From Dehalococcoidia bacterium (GTDB lineage Bacteria; Chloroflexota; Dehalococcoidia; Lucifugimonadales; UBA3495), in contig CBDBMT010000002.1 of assembly GCA_965207585.1 (NCBI GenBank), forward strand, positions 81,740 to 145,739: a DNA stretch of 64,000 nucleotides, written 5' to 3'. The notes under the pieces were generated by a model. It worked only from the letters and a program-made list of their open reading frames with translations. It made no database searches and had not been told where the DNA came from. A program made the position numbers and the translations under genes. Below are positions 17,528-27,197 of this stretch, piece after piece. Position 1 is the first letter of the stretch. The number at the start of each line of letters is the position of its first letter.

Positions 17528-18525
17528 CCACGTTGGTAACGGGCGCCACCGGCTTTATCGGCGGGAACCTGGCGCGCGCGCTATGGGCCCGCGGCGAGGA
17601 TGTTCGCGCTCTAGTGAGGCCATCCGCCAACGACCTGGCCATTCGAGAAACGGGGGTGGCTCAGGTAACCGGCGACCTGCTGGACAGCGAATCGGTGCAG
17701 CGGGCCGTCGCCGGCTGCGAGACCGTTTATCACTGCGCGGCAACTTACGCCTTCTGGTCGCCGCACCCGTGCGAAGTTTACCGCTCCAACGTGACCGGAA
17801 CGGAAAACCTCCTTGACGCCGCCCGGCGGGCCGGAGTGCGGAGGGTGGTTTTCACCAGCTCGGTGTCCACCATCGGCATCCCTGACCAAGGCTCCGACGA
17901 CCCGGAGAGCCTGGGTACTGAAGAGATGCCGCCCCGACCGGCTTTGCTTATCGGCTACTATAAGCAGTCCAAGTATGCCAGCGAGCAGATTGCTCTGGCG
18001 GCCAATGACGGCGAGATGGAGGTGGTGGTAGTCAACCCCTGCGCTCCGGTAGGCGAATGGGACGTGAAACCAACACCGACCGGGCAAATTCCCCTGTCCT
18101 TCGCCCGCGGCAAAGCTCCCGGCTACATCGCAACGGGCATGAACCTGGTCGACGTGGCGGACGTCGCCGAAGGACACATACTGGCGATGGAACGCGGCGT
18201 CCCTGGAGAGCGGTACATACTCGGGTACCGCAATCTCACGCTGAAGGAGATTTTCGACATCCTGTCCAAAATCACCGGGCGGCGCGCGCCCAACATTCGC
18301 ATCCCGCATTGGGCCATCTTAGGGATCGCTTACCTCGACGAATTCATCGAAGGCACCCTTCTGCGACGCCTGCCGGCGGTTCCGGTAGAGGCCATCAAAG
18401 TTGCCCGGCACCCGATGTACGTGAGCAGCGGCAAAGCGGTGTCGGAGCTCGGTTTGCCCCAGAGCCCGGTTGAAGTGGCGCTGGAAAAAGCGATCCGCTG
18501 GTTCAGGGATCACGGCTACATTTAG
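17524..18525 (+). CDS. hpnA: Hopanoid-associated NAD-dependent sugar epimerase/reductase
   Basis: MTTLVTGATGFIGGNLARALWARGEDVRALVRP Rossmann motif, YKQSK catalytic motif, cluster context. Confidence 0.85.
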   Translation: MTTLVTGATGFIGGNLARALWARGEDVRALVRPSANDLAIRETGVAQVTGDLLDSESVQRAVAGCETVYHCAATYAFWSPHPCEVYRSNVTGTENLLDAARRAGVRRVVFTSSVSTIGIPDQGSDDPESLGTEEMPPRPALLIGYYKQSKYASEQIALAANDGEMEVVVVNPCAPVGEWDVKPTPTGQIPLSFARGKAPGYIATGMNLVDVADVAEGHILAMERGVPGERYILGYRNLTLKEIFDILSKITGRRAPNIRIPHWAILGIAYLDEFIEGTLLRRLPAVPVEAIKVARHPMYVSSGKAVSELGLPQSPVEVALEKAIRWFRDHGYI

Positions 18526-18552
18526 CGCTTCAAGATTTACAGGGTAAGCATC

Positions 18553-20655
18553 ATGGTTATCCAGGAAATCGCTCGCAACGAATCCCGCGCTCGCGTTGAC
18601 GCGCCATCGCCTGAAGCCCTGGACCTGTCGATCGCACGACTTCAGGGCTACTTCCGACGGATCCAATACCCGGACGGATACTGGTGGGGTGAGCTGGAAT
18701 CGAACAACACCATGGAGGCGGAGTACGTGATGCTGTCCCGGTTCCTGGGCCATCACCAACCGGGACGGGACCGGCACATCGTCAATTATCTCCGCAGCAA
18801 GCAGCTGGACGACGGATCGTGGCCGATCTACTACGGCGCTCCCGGAGACCTCTCCGCCACCGTGGAATGCTACTTCGCGCTGAAGCTGTGCGGCGAAGAC
18901 CCGCAGTCGGACCACATGAGCCGGGCCCGTGAGTTCGTGCTGCGGCGGGGGGGAGTCCCGCGCACCCGGATGTTCACCCGGATCTGGCTGGCGTTGTTCG
19001 AACAATGGGAATGGCACGGCACGCCCAATCTTCCCCCGGAGCTGATGCTGATTCCCAACTGGGCGCCCCTGAACATCTACCGCTTCGCCTGTTGGGCGCG
19101 CGGGTGCATCGTACCCTTGTCCATCGTGCTGTCACGCCGCCAGGCTAGACCGGCAGCGCCGGAGCACGCCATCGACGAGCTGTTTCCCGATGGTCGCTCC
19201 GAGACCGATTACTCCATACCTACGCCGCCCGGATTGAATTTGCCCCGGCTGGTGCATCTGGCCGAGCGGTTGCTGGCGAAGACTTACAATCGTCTTCCCT
19301 GGAACCCACTGCGCAAGTTCGCGGAACGCAAGGCCATCCGTTGGATCCTCGACCGCCAGGAAGACGACGGAAGTTGGGGCGGGATTCAACCTCCCTGGGT
19401 GTACAGCCTGATCGCCCTCAGCCTTTGCGGGTTCGACAACGAGCATCCCGTCATGTCCCGCGGCTTCTCCGGGCTGGACGGCTTCTCCATCCAAAAGGGC
19501 GACCGCTGGACCATCCAGGGCTGCATTTCACCGGTTTGGGACACCTGCCTGATCGTTCAAGGGTTGGCCGAAAGCGGCTTGCCTCCCGAGGATCCCATGC
19601 TGGAGTCGGCCACTCGATGGCTGGTGGACCAGCAGATACTGGTCGGCGGCGACTGGCAGGTGCGGGCGCCGCAGCTGCAGCCGGGCGGATGGGCCTTTGA
19701 ATTCCACAACAACTGCTACCCGGACATCGACGACACCGCCGAGGTGGTACTGGCCTTGCGCCTGGGCAAATTGCCGGGCTCTGAAGACCGCTTGCGTCAG
19801 GAGGCGATTTCGCGCGCCGCGGAATGGGTTCAAGGGATGCAGAACAAGGACGGCGGCTGGGCCTCTTTCGACAAGGACAACAATCACGGCTACGTCACGG
19901 CCCTGACCTTCAGCGATTTCGGCGAAGTCCTGGACCCGTCCAGTGCGGACGTAACCGCCCACGTCCTGGAAATGTACGCCAAGCTCGGATACCAGACCGA
20001 CCAGAGATTCCTGCAACAGGCGTATCACTATTTGCGCCAGGAGCAGGAAGATGATGGTAGTTGGTTCGGGCGCTGGGGAGTAAACTATGTCTACGGCCTG
20101 GGGGCTGTCCTGCCGGCGCTGGAGGCCGCCGGCGAAGACATGCGTCAGCCCTACGTCCGCCGAGCGGTGCAGTGGCTGATTGACCATCAGAATCCAGACG
20201 GAGGCTGGGGCGAATCGTGCGCGTCGTACATCGATTCGACGCAACGGGGAGTTGGGCCAAGTACCGCTTCCCAGACCGCCTGGGCTATCATTGCGCTGGT
20301 AGCCGCCGGATACGACGACCACCGGGCCACGCACCGCGGCGTTTCATACTTGCTGGAAACACAACTTGCGGAGGGCAACTGGGACGAGCCGTATTTCACC
20401 GGCACCGGGTTTCCCGGATACCTGAAAGGCGAACGAGTAGACAAGATCCCACAGGCTGGCGAACGTGGATTCCAGGGCGCTGAGCTCTCGGCGGGATTCA
20501 TGATCAACTACCACCTTTACCGAAACACGTGGCCGCTGATAGCCTTGTCCCGCTACCGGGCACGCCAGAACCAGCCAAATTCGCAAGTCTATTCCCAGAG
20601 CAACGGCCAACAGCTAATCGACCTCGAAGCCGGCCGGTCTGCGCTTACCGCATAA
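18553..20655 (+). CDS. shc: Squalene-hopene cyclase
   Basis: 700 aa. Catalytic DxDDTA motif (YPDIDDTAEVVLAL). Multiple QW repeats (e.g. QxxDGSWxG, QNPDGGWGE). Confidence 0.95.
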   Translation: MVIQEIARNESRARVDAPSPEALDLSIARLQGYFRRIQYPDGYWWGELESNNTMEAEYVMLSRFLGHHQPGRDRHIVNYLRSKQLDDGSWPIYYGAPGDLSATVECYFALKLCGEDPQSDHMSRAREFVLRRGGVPRTRMFTRIWLALFEQWEWHGTPNLPPELMLIPNWAPLNIYRFACWARGCIVPLSIVLSRRQARPAAPEHAIDELFPDGRSETDYSIPTPPGLNLPRLVHLAERLLAKTYNRLPWNPLRKFAERKAIRWILDRQEDDGSWGGIQPPWVYSLIALSLCGFDNEHPVMSRGFSGLDGFSIQKGDRWTIQGCISPVWDTCLIVQGLAESGLPPEDPMLESATRWLVDQQILVGGDWQVRAPQLQPGGWAFEFHNNCYPDIDDTAEVVLALRLGKLPGSEDRLRQEAISRAAEWVQGMQNKDGGWASFDKDNNHGYVTALTFSDFGEVLDPSSADVTAHVLEMYAKLGYQTDQRFLQQAYHYLRQEQEDDGSWFGRWGVNYVYGLGAVLPALEAAGEDMRQPYVRRAVQWLIDHQNPDGGWGESCASYIDSTQRGVGPSTASQTAWAIIALVAAGYDDHRATHRGVSYLLETQLAEGNWDEPYFTGTGFPGYLKGERVDKIPQAGERGFQGAELSAGFMINYHLYRNTWPLIALSRYRARQNQPNSQVYSQSNGQQLIDLEAGRSALTA

Positions 20656-20693
20656 GTGTTCCGTTCATCACACTCCCCTACAGAGTGCAGCCC

Positions 20694-21137
20694 ATGAAAA
20701 CCGAACATTTTTCCCTGAAAGTCGACACCACCGGCGCACCCGAATTCATCGATATCACTGACTGGGTGAAGGGTTGCGTTGGAAAGTCTTGCGTCAGCAA
20801 CGGGTTCGTTGTGGTGTACTCTCGTCACACCACTGCTGCCGTGATCATCAACGAGAACGAACCGTTGCTGATTGAAGACATGACGCGGTTCCTGGAGAAG
20901 ATGTGCCCCCGTTTCGGGGAATACCGGCACAACGATTTCTCGGTACGCACGGTCAACATGACCGAGGAAGAATCTCCCAATGGTCACGCGCACCTGCAAC
21001 ATTTGATGCTGGGGTCGAGTGAAACCATTCCGCTCATCGATGGGAAGATGCCGTTCGGTCAGTGGCAGAGCATTTTCTTCATTGAGCTCGACCACCCGCG
21101 ACCGCGCGAGGTAATGGTCCAGATCGTGGGTGAGTAA
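20694..21137 (+). CDS. yjbQ: YjbQ/UPF0047 family protein (annotated elsewhere as secondary thiamine-phosphate synthase)
   Basis: Trimmed to the ATG at 20694. ...FVVVYSRHTTAAVIINENEPLLIEDM...GHAHLQHLMLGSSETIPL...LGQWQSIFFIELD is the YjbQ pattern. Confidence 0.8.
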   Translation: MKTEHFSLKVDTTGAPEFIDITDWVKGCVGKSCVSNGFVVVYSRHTTAAVIINENEPLLIEDMTRFLEKMCPRFGEYRHNDFSVRTVNMTEEESPNGHAHLQHLMLGSSETIPLIDGKMPFGQWQSIFFIELDHPRPREVMVQIVGE

Positions 21138-21148
21138 GCGCACTCTGG

Positions 21149-22159
21149 ATGTCGGGCACCATGTCAGCCGCAGTTGAAGAGCGAAATCTCTCCAATGAGG
21201 ATGCCGGCGTTATCGCATCGGCGGCGCCGGTAACGCTGGCCGAGGCGTACCGGTACTGCGAAACGCTGGCGCGCAGCCACTACGAGAATTTCAACGTCGG
21301 CGGTTGGATCACGCCCAGGCAAAAACTGCCGCACGTCTATGCGATGTACGCCTGGTGCCGGATGGTGGACGATTTGGGCGACGAATCTTTGCCGGCAGAA
21401 CCGGTGGCAACCGCAGTTGCTGACGGCAAACTCGACGACACGATCGCCGCCCATCGCCGCGGCCGACTAGCGTGGTGGGAAAGCGAGCTGGACGCGATCT
21501 ATTCAGGGCAACCCGCGCACCCCATATCAATCGCGGTACAGCACACGGTCAACTCGTTCGATATCCCGAGGGAACCGTTCCATCTCCTGATACGCGCCAA
21601 TCTGATGGATCAGGGATCCGGGCGTTTCGAGACACTCGACGAAGTAGTGGAATACTGTCGCCACTCCGCAAACCCGGTCGGACACCTGTACCTGTACTTG
21701 TTTGGGTACGCCGACCGTCGGCGGCAACTCCTCGCGGATCATACCTGCACCGCCCTGCAACTCACGAATTTCTGGCAAGACGTCAGCCGCGACTATCGGG
21801 ACCGCGGCCGGATCTACCTCCCTCAAACCGACATGAAGCGGTTCGGTGTCACCGAGAGCGACATCGCGAGCGGATCAGCGACCGCGGCGTTCCGCTCGTT
21901 GTTGCGATACGAATGCGACATTGCGATGCGAATGTTCCAACAGGGCGCGCCGTTGGTTGGGTCGCTCGACCGTCGCGCCCAACTGCCAGTGGCCCTCTTC
22001 ACACGGGGCGGCGTAGCCGTTCTCCACGCCATACGCCGGCAGGGCTACGACGTCCTGAGCCGCCGGCCCGCATTGTCGAAACGGCAGAAAGCGTGGTTGT
22101 TGGCGTCTGCCTGGTTGGGCAACAAGTTGGGCGCCGGGTACGGATTGCCCAATCCTTGA
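21149..22159 (+). CDS. hpnC: Hydroxysqualene synthase (squalene synthase HpnC)
   Basis: CETLARSHYENFNVGGWITPRQKLPHVYAMYAWCRMVDDLGDE. Second Asp-rich region ...NFWQDVSRDY. Trans-IPPS head-to-head family. Confidence 0.85.
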   Translation: MSGTMSAAVEERNLSNEDAGVIASAAPVTLAEAYRYCETLARSHYENFNVGGWITPRQKLPHVYAMYAWCRMVDDLGDESLPAEPVATAVADGKLDDTIAAHRRGRLAWWESELDAIYSGQPAHPISIAVQHTVNSFDIPREPFHLLIRANLMDQGSGRFETLDEVVEYCRHSANPVGHLYLYLFGYADRRRQLLADHTCTALQLTNFWQDVSRDYRDRGRIYLPQTDMKRFGVTESDIASGSATAAFRSLLRYECDIAMRMFQQGAPLVGSLDRRAQLPVALFTRGGVAVLHAIRRQGYDVLSRRPALSKRQKAWLLASAWLGNKLGAGYGLPNP

Positions 22160-22169
22160 GGCAAACCCC

Positions 22170-23066
22170 ATGACGACCCCGCTATCGACAGCACCCTCAC
22201 CGTCGCCCGAGGCGCTGGCCGCTGCGTATGAGGAATGCCGCCGGGTAACCAGGCGCGAAGCCCGCAACTTCTATTTCGCCTTCCTGACGCTGCCGGCCCG
22301 TCAGCGGCGGGCCATTTACGTTGCTTACACGTTCTGCCGATATTGCGACGACTCCGTGGACGCCGAAGGAACCCACGCAGAGAAGTTGCAGCGCATCGAT
22401 CATCTGCGCCGCAAATTGTCTCAGTCCTACGCTGGGAAAGCCGACCAACCGCTGTTCATCGGGTTATCCGATGTGGCGGCGACCTATAGCATCCCCGAGC
22501 AATACTTTCAGGAGGTCCTCAACGGCGTGGAATCCGACCTGGTAAAGACCAGATACGCCAATTTCGAGGAATTGCGCGCCTACTGTTACCGGGTGGCCTC
22601 GGTGGTCGGGCTGATTTGCATCCACATTTTCGGGTATCGCGGCCGTGAAGAAGCGCGCCAGGGCGCAATCGACCTGGGGCTGGCCATGCAGCTGACGAAC
22701 ATCTGCCGGGACGTGCGCGAGGACTGGGAGTTCGGCCGGGTCTATTTGCCCGAGGACGAGCTGGACCGGTTCGGAGTAACCGAGGCGGACCTGGAAAATC
22801 ACGCGGTGACGGACGGTTTCGCCAACCTGATGCAGTTCCAGATCGACCGAGCCCGGGAGTACTTCGCCAGCGGCCGGCGGTTGCTGCCGTACCTCTCACC
22901 AAGATCCCGCGCCTGTCCGGCTGCTCTGGGTCTCATCTATGGCGGAGTGCTCAACAAGATCGAAGCCGCCGGATACGACGTGTTTCGGGAACGTATCAGC
23001 TTGAGCAAAGGCGCCAAGCTGGGGTTGATGGCCAGGGCATGGCTCACGGGTCCTTTGATGAAGTGA
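22170..23066 (+). CDS. hpnD: Presqualene diphosphate synthase
   Basis: ARNFYFAFLTLPARQRRAIYVAYTFCRYCDDSVD and QLTNICRDVREDW. Phytoene/squalene synthase fold. Confidence 0.85.
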   Translation: MTTPLSTAPSPSPEALAAAYEECRRVTRREARNFYFAFLTLPARQRRAIYVAYTFCRYCDDSVDAEGTHAEKLQRIDHLRRKLSQSYAGKADQPLFIGLSDVAATYSIPEQYFQEVLNGVESDLVKTRYANFEELRAYCYRVASVVGLICIHIFGYRGREEARQGAIDLGLAMQLTNICRDVREDWEFGRVYLPEDELDRFGVTEADLENHAVTDGFANLMQFQIDRAREYFASGRRLLPYLSPRSRACPAALGLIYGGVLNKIEAAGYDVFRERISLSKGAKLGLMARAWLTGPLMK

Positions 23067-24478
23067 CCGGTAGACGCAGTGATGCCGAACCATCGGCGCT
23101 GGTAATTGGCGGCGGACTGGCTGGCATCGCCGCGGCTGCCAGGCTCGCAGAGTCCGGCTGGCGGGTTACGCTGCTCGAAGCGCGCAGCTCCCTGGGAGGT
23201 CGAGCCTTTTCGTTTGTCGACCGGGAGAGCGGGCGCGAATTGGATAACGGCCAGCACGTATTTGTGGGCGCGTGTCGCAACCTCACCGAGTTCTTCGAGC
23301 GCATCGAGGTCGGCGACCTGTGGCGCTTGCAGCCCAGGTTGAACGTCGATGTTTATGACCGCGCCGGGCGCCGGGGGAAGCTCTACGGACTCGGCGGTCC
23401 CGCGCCTGTCCACCTGCTGGCGGCTTTCGTCACCTATCGCCACCTGAGCCTGGGCGACAAGCTACGCGCGGTCCGCGGGGTAATCGCCGCGATGCTGGCC
23501 GACCGGACCGCCGCGGAGATGGAAACCACTTCGTTTTACGACTGGCTGAGAGCCCACGGCCAGTCGGAACGGTGCATCGACAACCTTTGGAACGTGATCA
23601 TCGAAGGAACTCTCAACGACAACATCCGAGATGTCAGCGCGGCGATGGGATTGATGATCGCCCAGGACGGATTGTTGAAGGGGAGGCGCGAGATCAACAT
23701 CGGGTATCCCAAGGCTCCCCTGGCACAGGCCGTAGGCGCGCCGAGCAAAACCTACCTGCACAAGCTGGGCGTGCGGACTCTGCTCGGCTGCCCGGTCCAT
23801 GCCATCAAGGCCGATGAAGACGCCTCAGTGCTGGGCGTCGAGGCTGGGGCCGGCCGGATTTTCCGCGCCGACGCCTACGTGAGCGCGGCGCCGTTCTGGA
23901 TCCTGCCCAGCCTGATCCCGGACCATCTGGCGGGAATGGCGCCGTTCAATTCGCTCGCCGGCTTGCAAGCCTCGCCCATCGTCAATGTTCATCTTCAATA
24001 CGACCGCCCGGTGATGGAGGGGGAGTTCTGCTACTTTCTCGACAACCCCCTGCAATGGGTGTTCAACGATTCGCTGATCCGAGGCGGTGACCGCTCGCGC
24101 GGCGGCCAGTCGTTGACGGTGTCCATCAGCGCGGCGTGGGAGCACATTGACCTGCCTCGCACGGAACTCGCGAGCCGCATTGCCGATGAGATGCAGGCGG
24201 CGTTCCCCAGGGCGCGCCAGGCGCAGCTGGTGAATTCAACCGCGGTGAAACAGCGCAACGCCACTTTCCGGTGCACTCCCGGGGCACAGCGGTTTCGACC
24301 CGGACCGGTCACCGCGTCGCCCAATCTCTTTTTGGCAGGGGAATGGACTGACACCGGATGGCCCTCGACTATGGAGGGGGCCATCATCAGCGGATATAAT
24401 GCCGCTGCGGCGGTTATGTCGAGCCTCGGCGCCGCCACCAGCAACCGGGAGGCCGAGAGTGTACGACCAATGGTCTGA
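23039..24478 (+). CDS. hpnE: Hydroxysqualene dehydroxylase (FAD-dependent amine-oxidase fold)
   Basis: ALVIGGGLAGIAAAARLAESGWRVTLLEARSSLGGRA dinucleotide motif and cluster position. An alternative GTG start at 23063 would give a GTGA overlap with the hpnD stop. Confidence 0.85.
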   Translation: MAHGSFDEVTGRRSDAEPSALVIGGGLAGIAAAARLAESGWRVTLLEARSSLGGRAFSFVDRESGRELDNGQHVFVGACRNLTEFFERIEVGDLWRLQPRLNVDVYDRAGRRGKLYGLGGPAPVHLLAAFVTYRHLSLGDKLRAVRGVIAAMLADRTAAEMETTSFYDWLRAHGQSERCIDNLWNVIIEGTLNDNIRDVSAAMGLMIAQDGLLKGRREINIGYPKAPLAQAVGAPSKTYLHKLGVRTLLGCPVHAIKADEDASVLGVEAGAGRIFRADAYVSAAPFWILPSLIPDHLAGMAPFNSLAGLQASPIVNVHLQYDRPVMEGEFCYFLDNPLQWVFNDSLIRGGDRSRGGQSLTVSISAAWEHIDLPRTELASRIADEMQAAFPRARQAQLVNSTAVKQRNATFRCTPGAQRFRPGPVTASPNLFLAGEWTDTGWPSTMEGAIISGYNAAAAVMSSLGAATSNREAESVRPMV

Positions 24479-25121
24479 ACAGCGCACTAACCTCACCGAG
24501 GCTACTCGTGAAATGTACCGGCGCGGTCTGGTGGGCGCGTACTCCGGGAACACCAGCCTGCGTTTGACCGACGCCGGAGACGACAGCCTGCTGCTGGTGA
24601 CCCCGACGCATCATCCCTACTACCGGCTGAAACCGGATGAGCTGGTAGTGGTGAACCTGGAGGGTGAACCGGTGCTTCCCGCTCCGATGCGGCCCTCGTC
24701 GGAAACCCGCCTGCACCTCGAGATCTATCGCCAGAGGCCGGACGTGCAAGCGGTAGCGCATACCCACTCCATATACGCGTCGGTGGCGGCAGTCATCGGC
24801 CGGGACATTCCGCCGCTGATCGACGAGATGCTGATGACCATCGGCGGGCCAATCAAGGTCAGCAGGTACGCCTTCCCGGGAACGCAGGAACTGGCCGAGC
24901 AAGCCTACGCCGCGCTGGGCGACCGGAACGCCGCCCTCCTGCGCAACCACGGCGCCGTGGGCGTGGGGCCGGACATCTGGGAGGCATTGGAAGTCTGCGA
25001 CCTGGTGGAACGGCTGGCACAGATTTTTGTGCATGCCCGCAACTTCGGCCCACGTGCCGCTGCCCCACTACCCGACGACGCCATAGCGACCGAGATGCAG
25101 ATGTTTCAGGACCACCGTTGA
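24459..25121 (+). CDS. Class II aldolase/adducin-domain protein (FucA/AraD/MtnB-like)
   Basis: GTG start after GGGAGG. GNTSLRL..., ...PSSETRLHLEIYRQRPDVQAVAHTHS..., LLRNHGAVGVG. Confidence 0.8.
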   Translation: MYDQWSEQRTNLTEATREMYRRGLVGAYSGNTSLRLTDAGDDSLLLVTPTHHPYYRLKPDELVVVNLEGEPVLPAPMRPSSETRLHLEIYRQRPDVQAVAHTHSIYASVAAVIGRDIPPLIDEMLMTIGGPIKVSRYAFPGTQELAEQAYAALGDRNAALLRNHGAVGVGPDIWEALEVCDLVERLAQIFVHARNFGPRAAAPLPDDAIATEMQMFQDHR

Positions 25122-25176
25122 CCGCAATCCGGACCTGGTCACAGCCACCCAACCGCAGATCAAGTTGCACCAAGGC

Positions 25177-26214
25177 ATGAGCACCCAACCTGGAGCGTCA
25201 CGCGAGTTTGAGCACACCATTGGCGTGGTCGGAGCAGCATCCGGCTTCGGGGCGCAGATGTTGTTGTACCTGGAGCGGGAACGCCCCGACTGTTGGCTAG
25301 TAGCGATTGCGGAACGCCCGTTGCGCTGGCCCGTGGAACGCATCTCCACCTACCGTCTGGCCCAAAATCGCGTGGGCGGCATCCTCACCATGTCCGACAT
25401 TCCAGACTTCATGCAGCAGAAGGCTTGGGATATGTTCCTGGAGGGGCACGAGCTTACGGTCGCCGACATCCCGGACGTGTTGCAGCTGGAGGGAGTCGAT
25501 TCGCTGATCCACGTGGGGAGCTATTACGATGGGCCAAACCCGGAACAGTTCTGCGCCGACGCGCAGCTTTGGCTCCGGGCGGCCCGCATCGCGGGAGTGC
25601 GCCAGTTCATCTACCTGTCAGACATTCGCGTCTACGGCGCAAATGCCGACAACCCCATCCCCATCACGGAGCGAACCTCCACCAATCCCAGCCGCCAACA
25701 CCGCTACCTCGCCGATGCCGAGCCCGCCTTGTCCGCTACGTCAGACGACGAATCCTCGGCGGCCAACGCCGATGCCGACGAAGAAATGAAGGTCGCCGTG
25801 CTGCGCACCGCGATGTCCATCAGCGCCAATCACGCGAGCCCTGCGGCCGATGAGCTGTTCCTACCGGCCGTTACCGCCAACCGAAAGCGCAGCTTTCCGC
25901 TCCAGTTCCTGCATCAACATGACCTCGCGCGAGCGATAGAACGAGTGATAACCCAGCGATTGGACGGAGTGTTCAACGTGGCCGGTGACGGGGTGGTAGA
26001 TTCGTTGGACATTCTGGAATGGTGCCGGGTCCCAGGCTTGCCCAGACACGCCGGATCCAGCCGTTCGTTCAACTCGATGGGAAGGCACCTGTCGAAACAC
26101 CCGCTGATAGTAAGCTCTGCCAAATTCAAACAATCCGCCGGTTTCCGGTTCAAGTACTCGTCCGCGCGCGCCATACGCGCGTATTGCCACTCGGTCCTCC
26201 TCGAACCGGCCTGA
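25177..26214 (+). CDS. Atypical NAD(P)-dependent epimerase/dehydratase-like (extended SDR) protein
   Basis: IGVVGAASGFGAQMLLYL Rossmann-like N-terminus. ...FIYLSDIRVYG... and ...VFNVAGDGVV... Weak family-level call. Confidence 0.5.
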   Translation: MSTQPGASREFEHTIGVVGAASGFGAQMLLYLERERPDCWLVAIAERPLRWPVERISTYRLAQNRVGGILTMSDIPDFMQQKAWDMFLEGHELTVADIPDVLQLEGVDSLIHVGSYYDGPNPEQFCADAQLWLRAARIAGVRQFIYLSDIRVYGANADNPIPITERTSTNPSRQHRYLADAEPALSATSDDESSAANADADEEMKVAVLRTAMSISANHASPAADELFLPAVTANRKRSFPLQFLHQHDLARAIERVITQRLDGVFNVAGDGVVDSLDILEWCRVPGLPRHAGSSRSFNSMGRHLSKHPLIVSSAKFKQSAGFRFKYSSARAIRAYCHSVLLEPA

Positions 26215-26218
26215 CGTC

Positions 26219-27163
26219 ATGCCGTCACCGCATCCCCCAGTTCCGGACCCGGTGGTGATCGACACCGACCCCGGCGTCGACGATGCCATCGCGCTGCTGA
26301 TGGCGCTGTCGTGCCCGCAGCTGGACGTAGTGGGCCTGACCACAACGGCGGGCAATGTTCCGATAGGTCCGGCAACTCGGAACGCGCTGGCTATCTTGGA
26401 AAGCGTGGGGCGCGCCGATGTTCCGGTCGCCAGGGGAGCAACTCGGCCGATACGGGGTCGGTACGCCTACGCTCGCCACGTTCACTCGGCGGAGGGTCTT
26501 ACCCACCCGCTGCCCGCTCCGAAGATGGGCATAGCAAACACCGGCGCCGTGCAGTTCCTGTCCGAAACTCTTCGAGCGAATCCGGGCGCCGTCACCGTCA
26601 TTGCCCTCGGCCCGCTGACCAACCTCGCCCGGTTGCATCGGGATCAACCGTCAGTTTTGCCGCTGGCGAAGCGCCTGCTCGTGATGGGCGGCGCAGTGCA
26701 GACTCCCGGCAATGTCACGCCGCACGCGGAGTTCAACTTCTACAGCGATCCCACCGCTGCCCGAATGGTGATTGAATCAGGGGTCCCGATTACGCTCATC
26801 GACATGGCGCCGTGCCGGCAGGTCTTCCTGACACGGGAGGATGTCCTGGCAGCGCGCCCTTCCACTGATGTGGGCGTCCTGGCCGAACGGATAATGGCAG
26901 GATGGTTCGGTCAAGGCCCTACCCGTGAGCGGTTCAACATGTATGACCCGCTCACACTGGTCGCGGCAGTGGCCCCGCAAGCGATAGCGTTTCGCTCGGT
27001 GACGATGACGGTGGACGACTCGACGAGCACCGACGACAGCGACCTTTGGGGCCGCTGCCGGCTGCTGGACGAAACCGGCGGGCCCGTGAGCGTCGCTGAA
27101 CCCGGGGGCGTCGACGTTACGACATCGCTGCGACTGATCCGCGAATTGCTGGGGTGGTCCTAG
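26219..27163 (+). CDS. Inosine/uridine-preferring nucleoside hydrolase family protein
   Basis: VVIDTDPGVDDAIALLMAL (DxDxxxDD fingerprint), ...EFNFYSDPTAA... Confidence 0.85.
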   Translation: MPSPHPPVPDPVVIDTDPGVDDAIALLMALSCPQLDVVGLTTTAGNVPIGPATRNALAILESVGRADVPVARGATRPIRGRYAYARHVHSAEGLTHPLPAPKMGIANTGAVQFLSETLRANPGAVTVIALGPLTNLARLHRDQPSVLPLAKRLLVMGGAVQTPGNVTPHAEFNFYSDPTAARMVIESGVPITLIDMAPCRQVFLTREDVLAARPSTDVGVLAERIMAGWFGQGPTRERFNMYDPLTLVAAVAPQAIAFRSVTMTVDDSTSTDDSDLWGRCRLLDETGGPVSVAEPGGVDVTTSLRLIRELLGWS

Positions 27164-27197
27164 ACGGCGGCGAACTGAGTACGGGAGGACAAGAACG

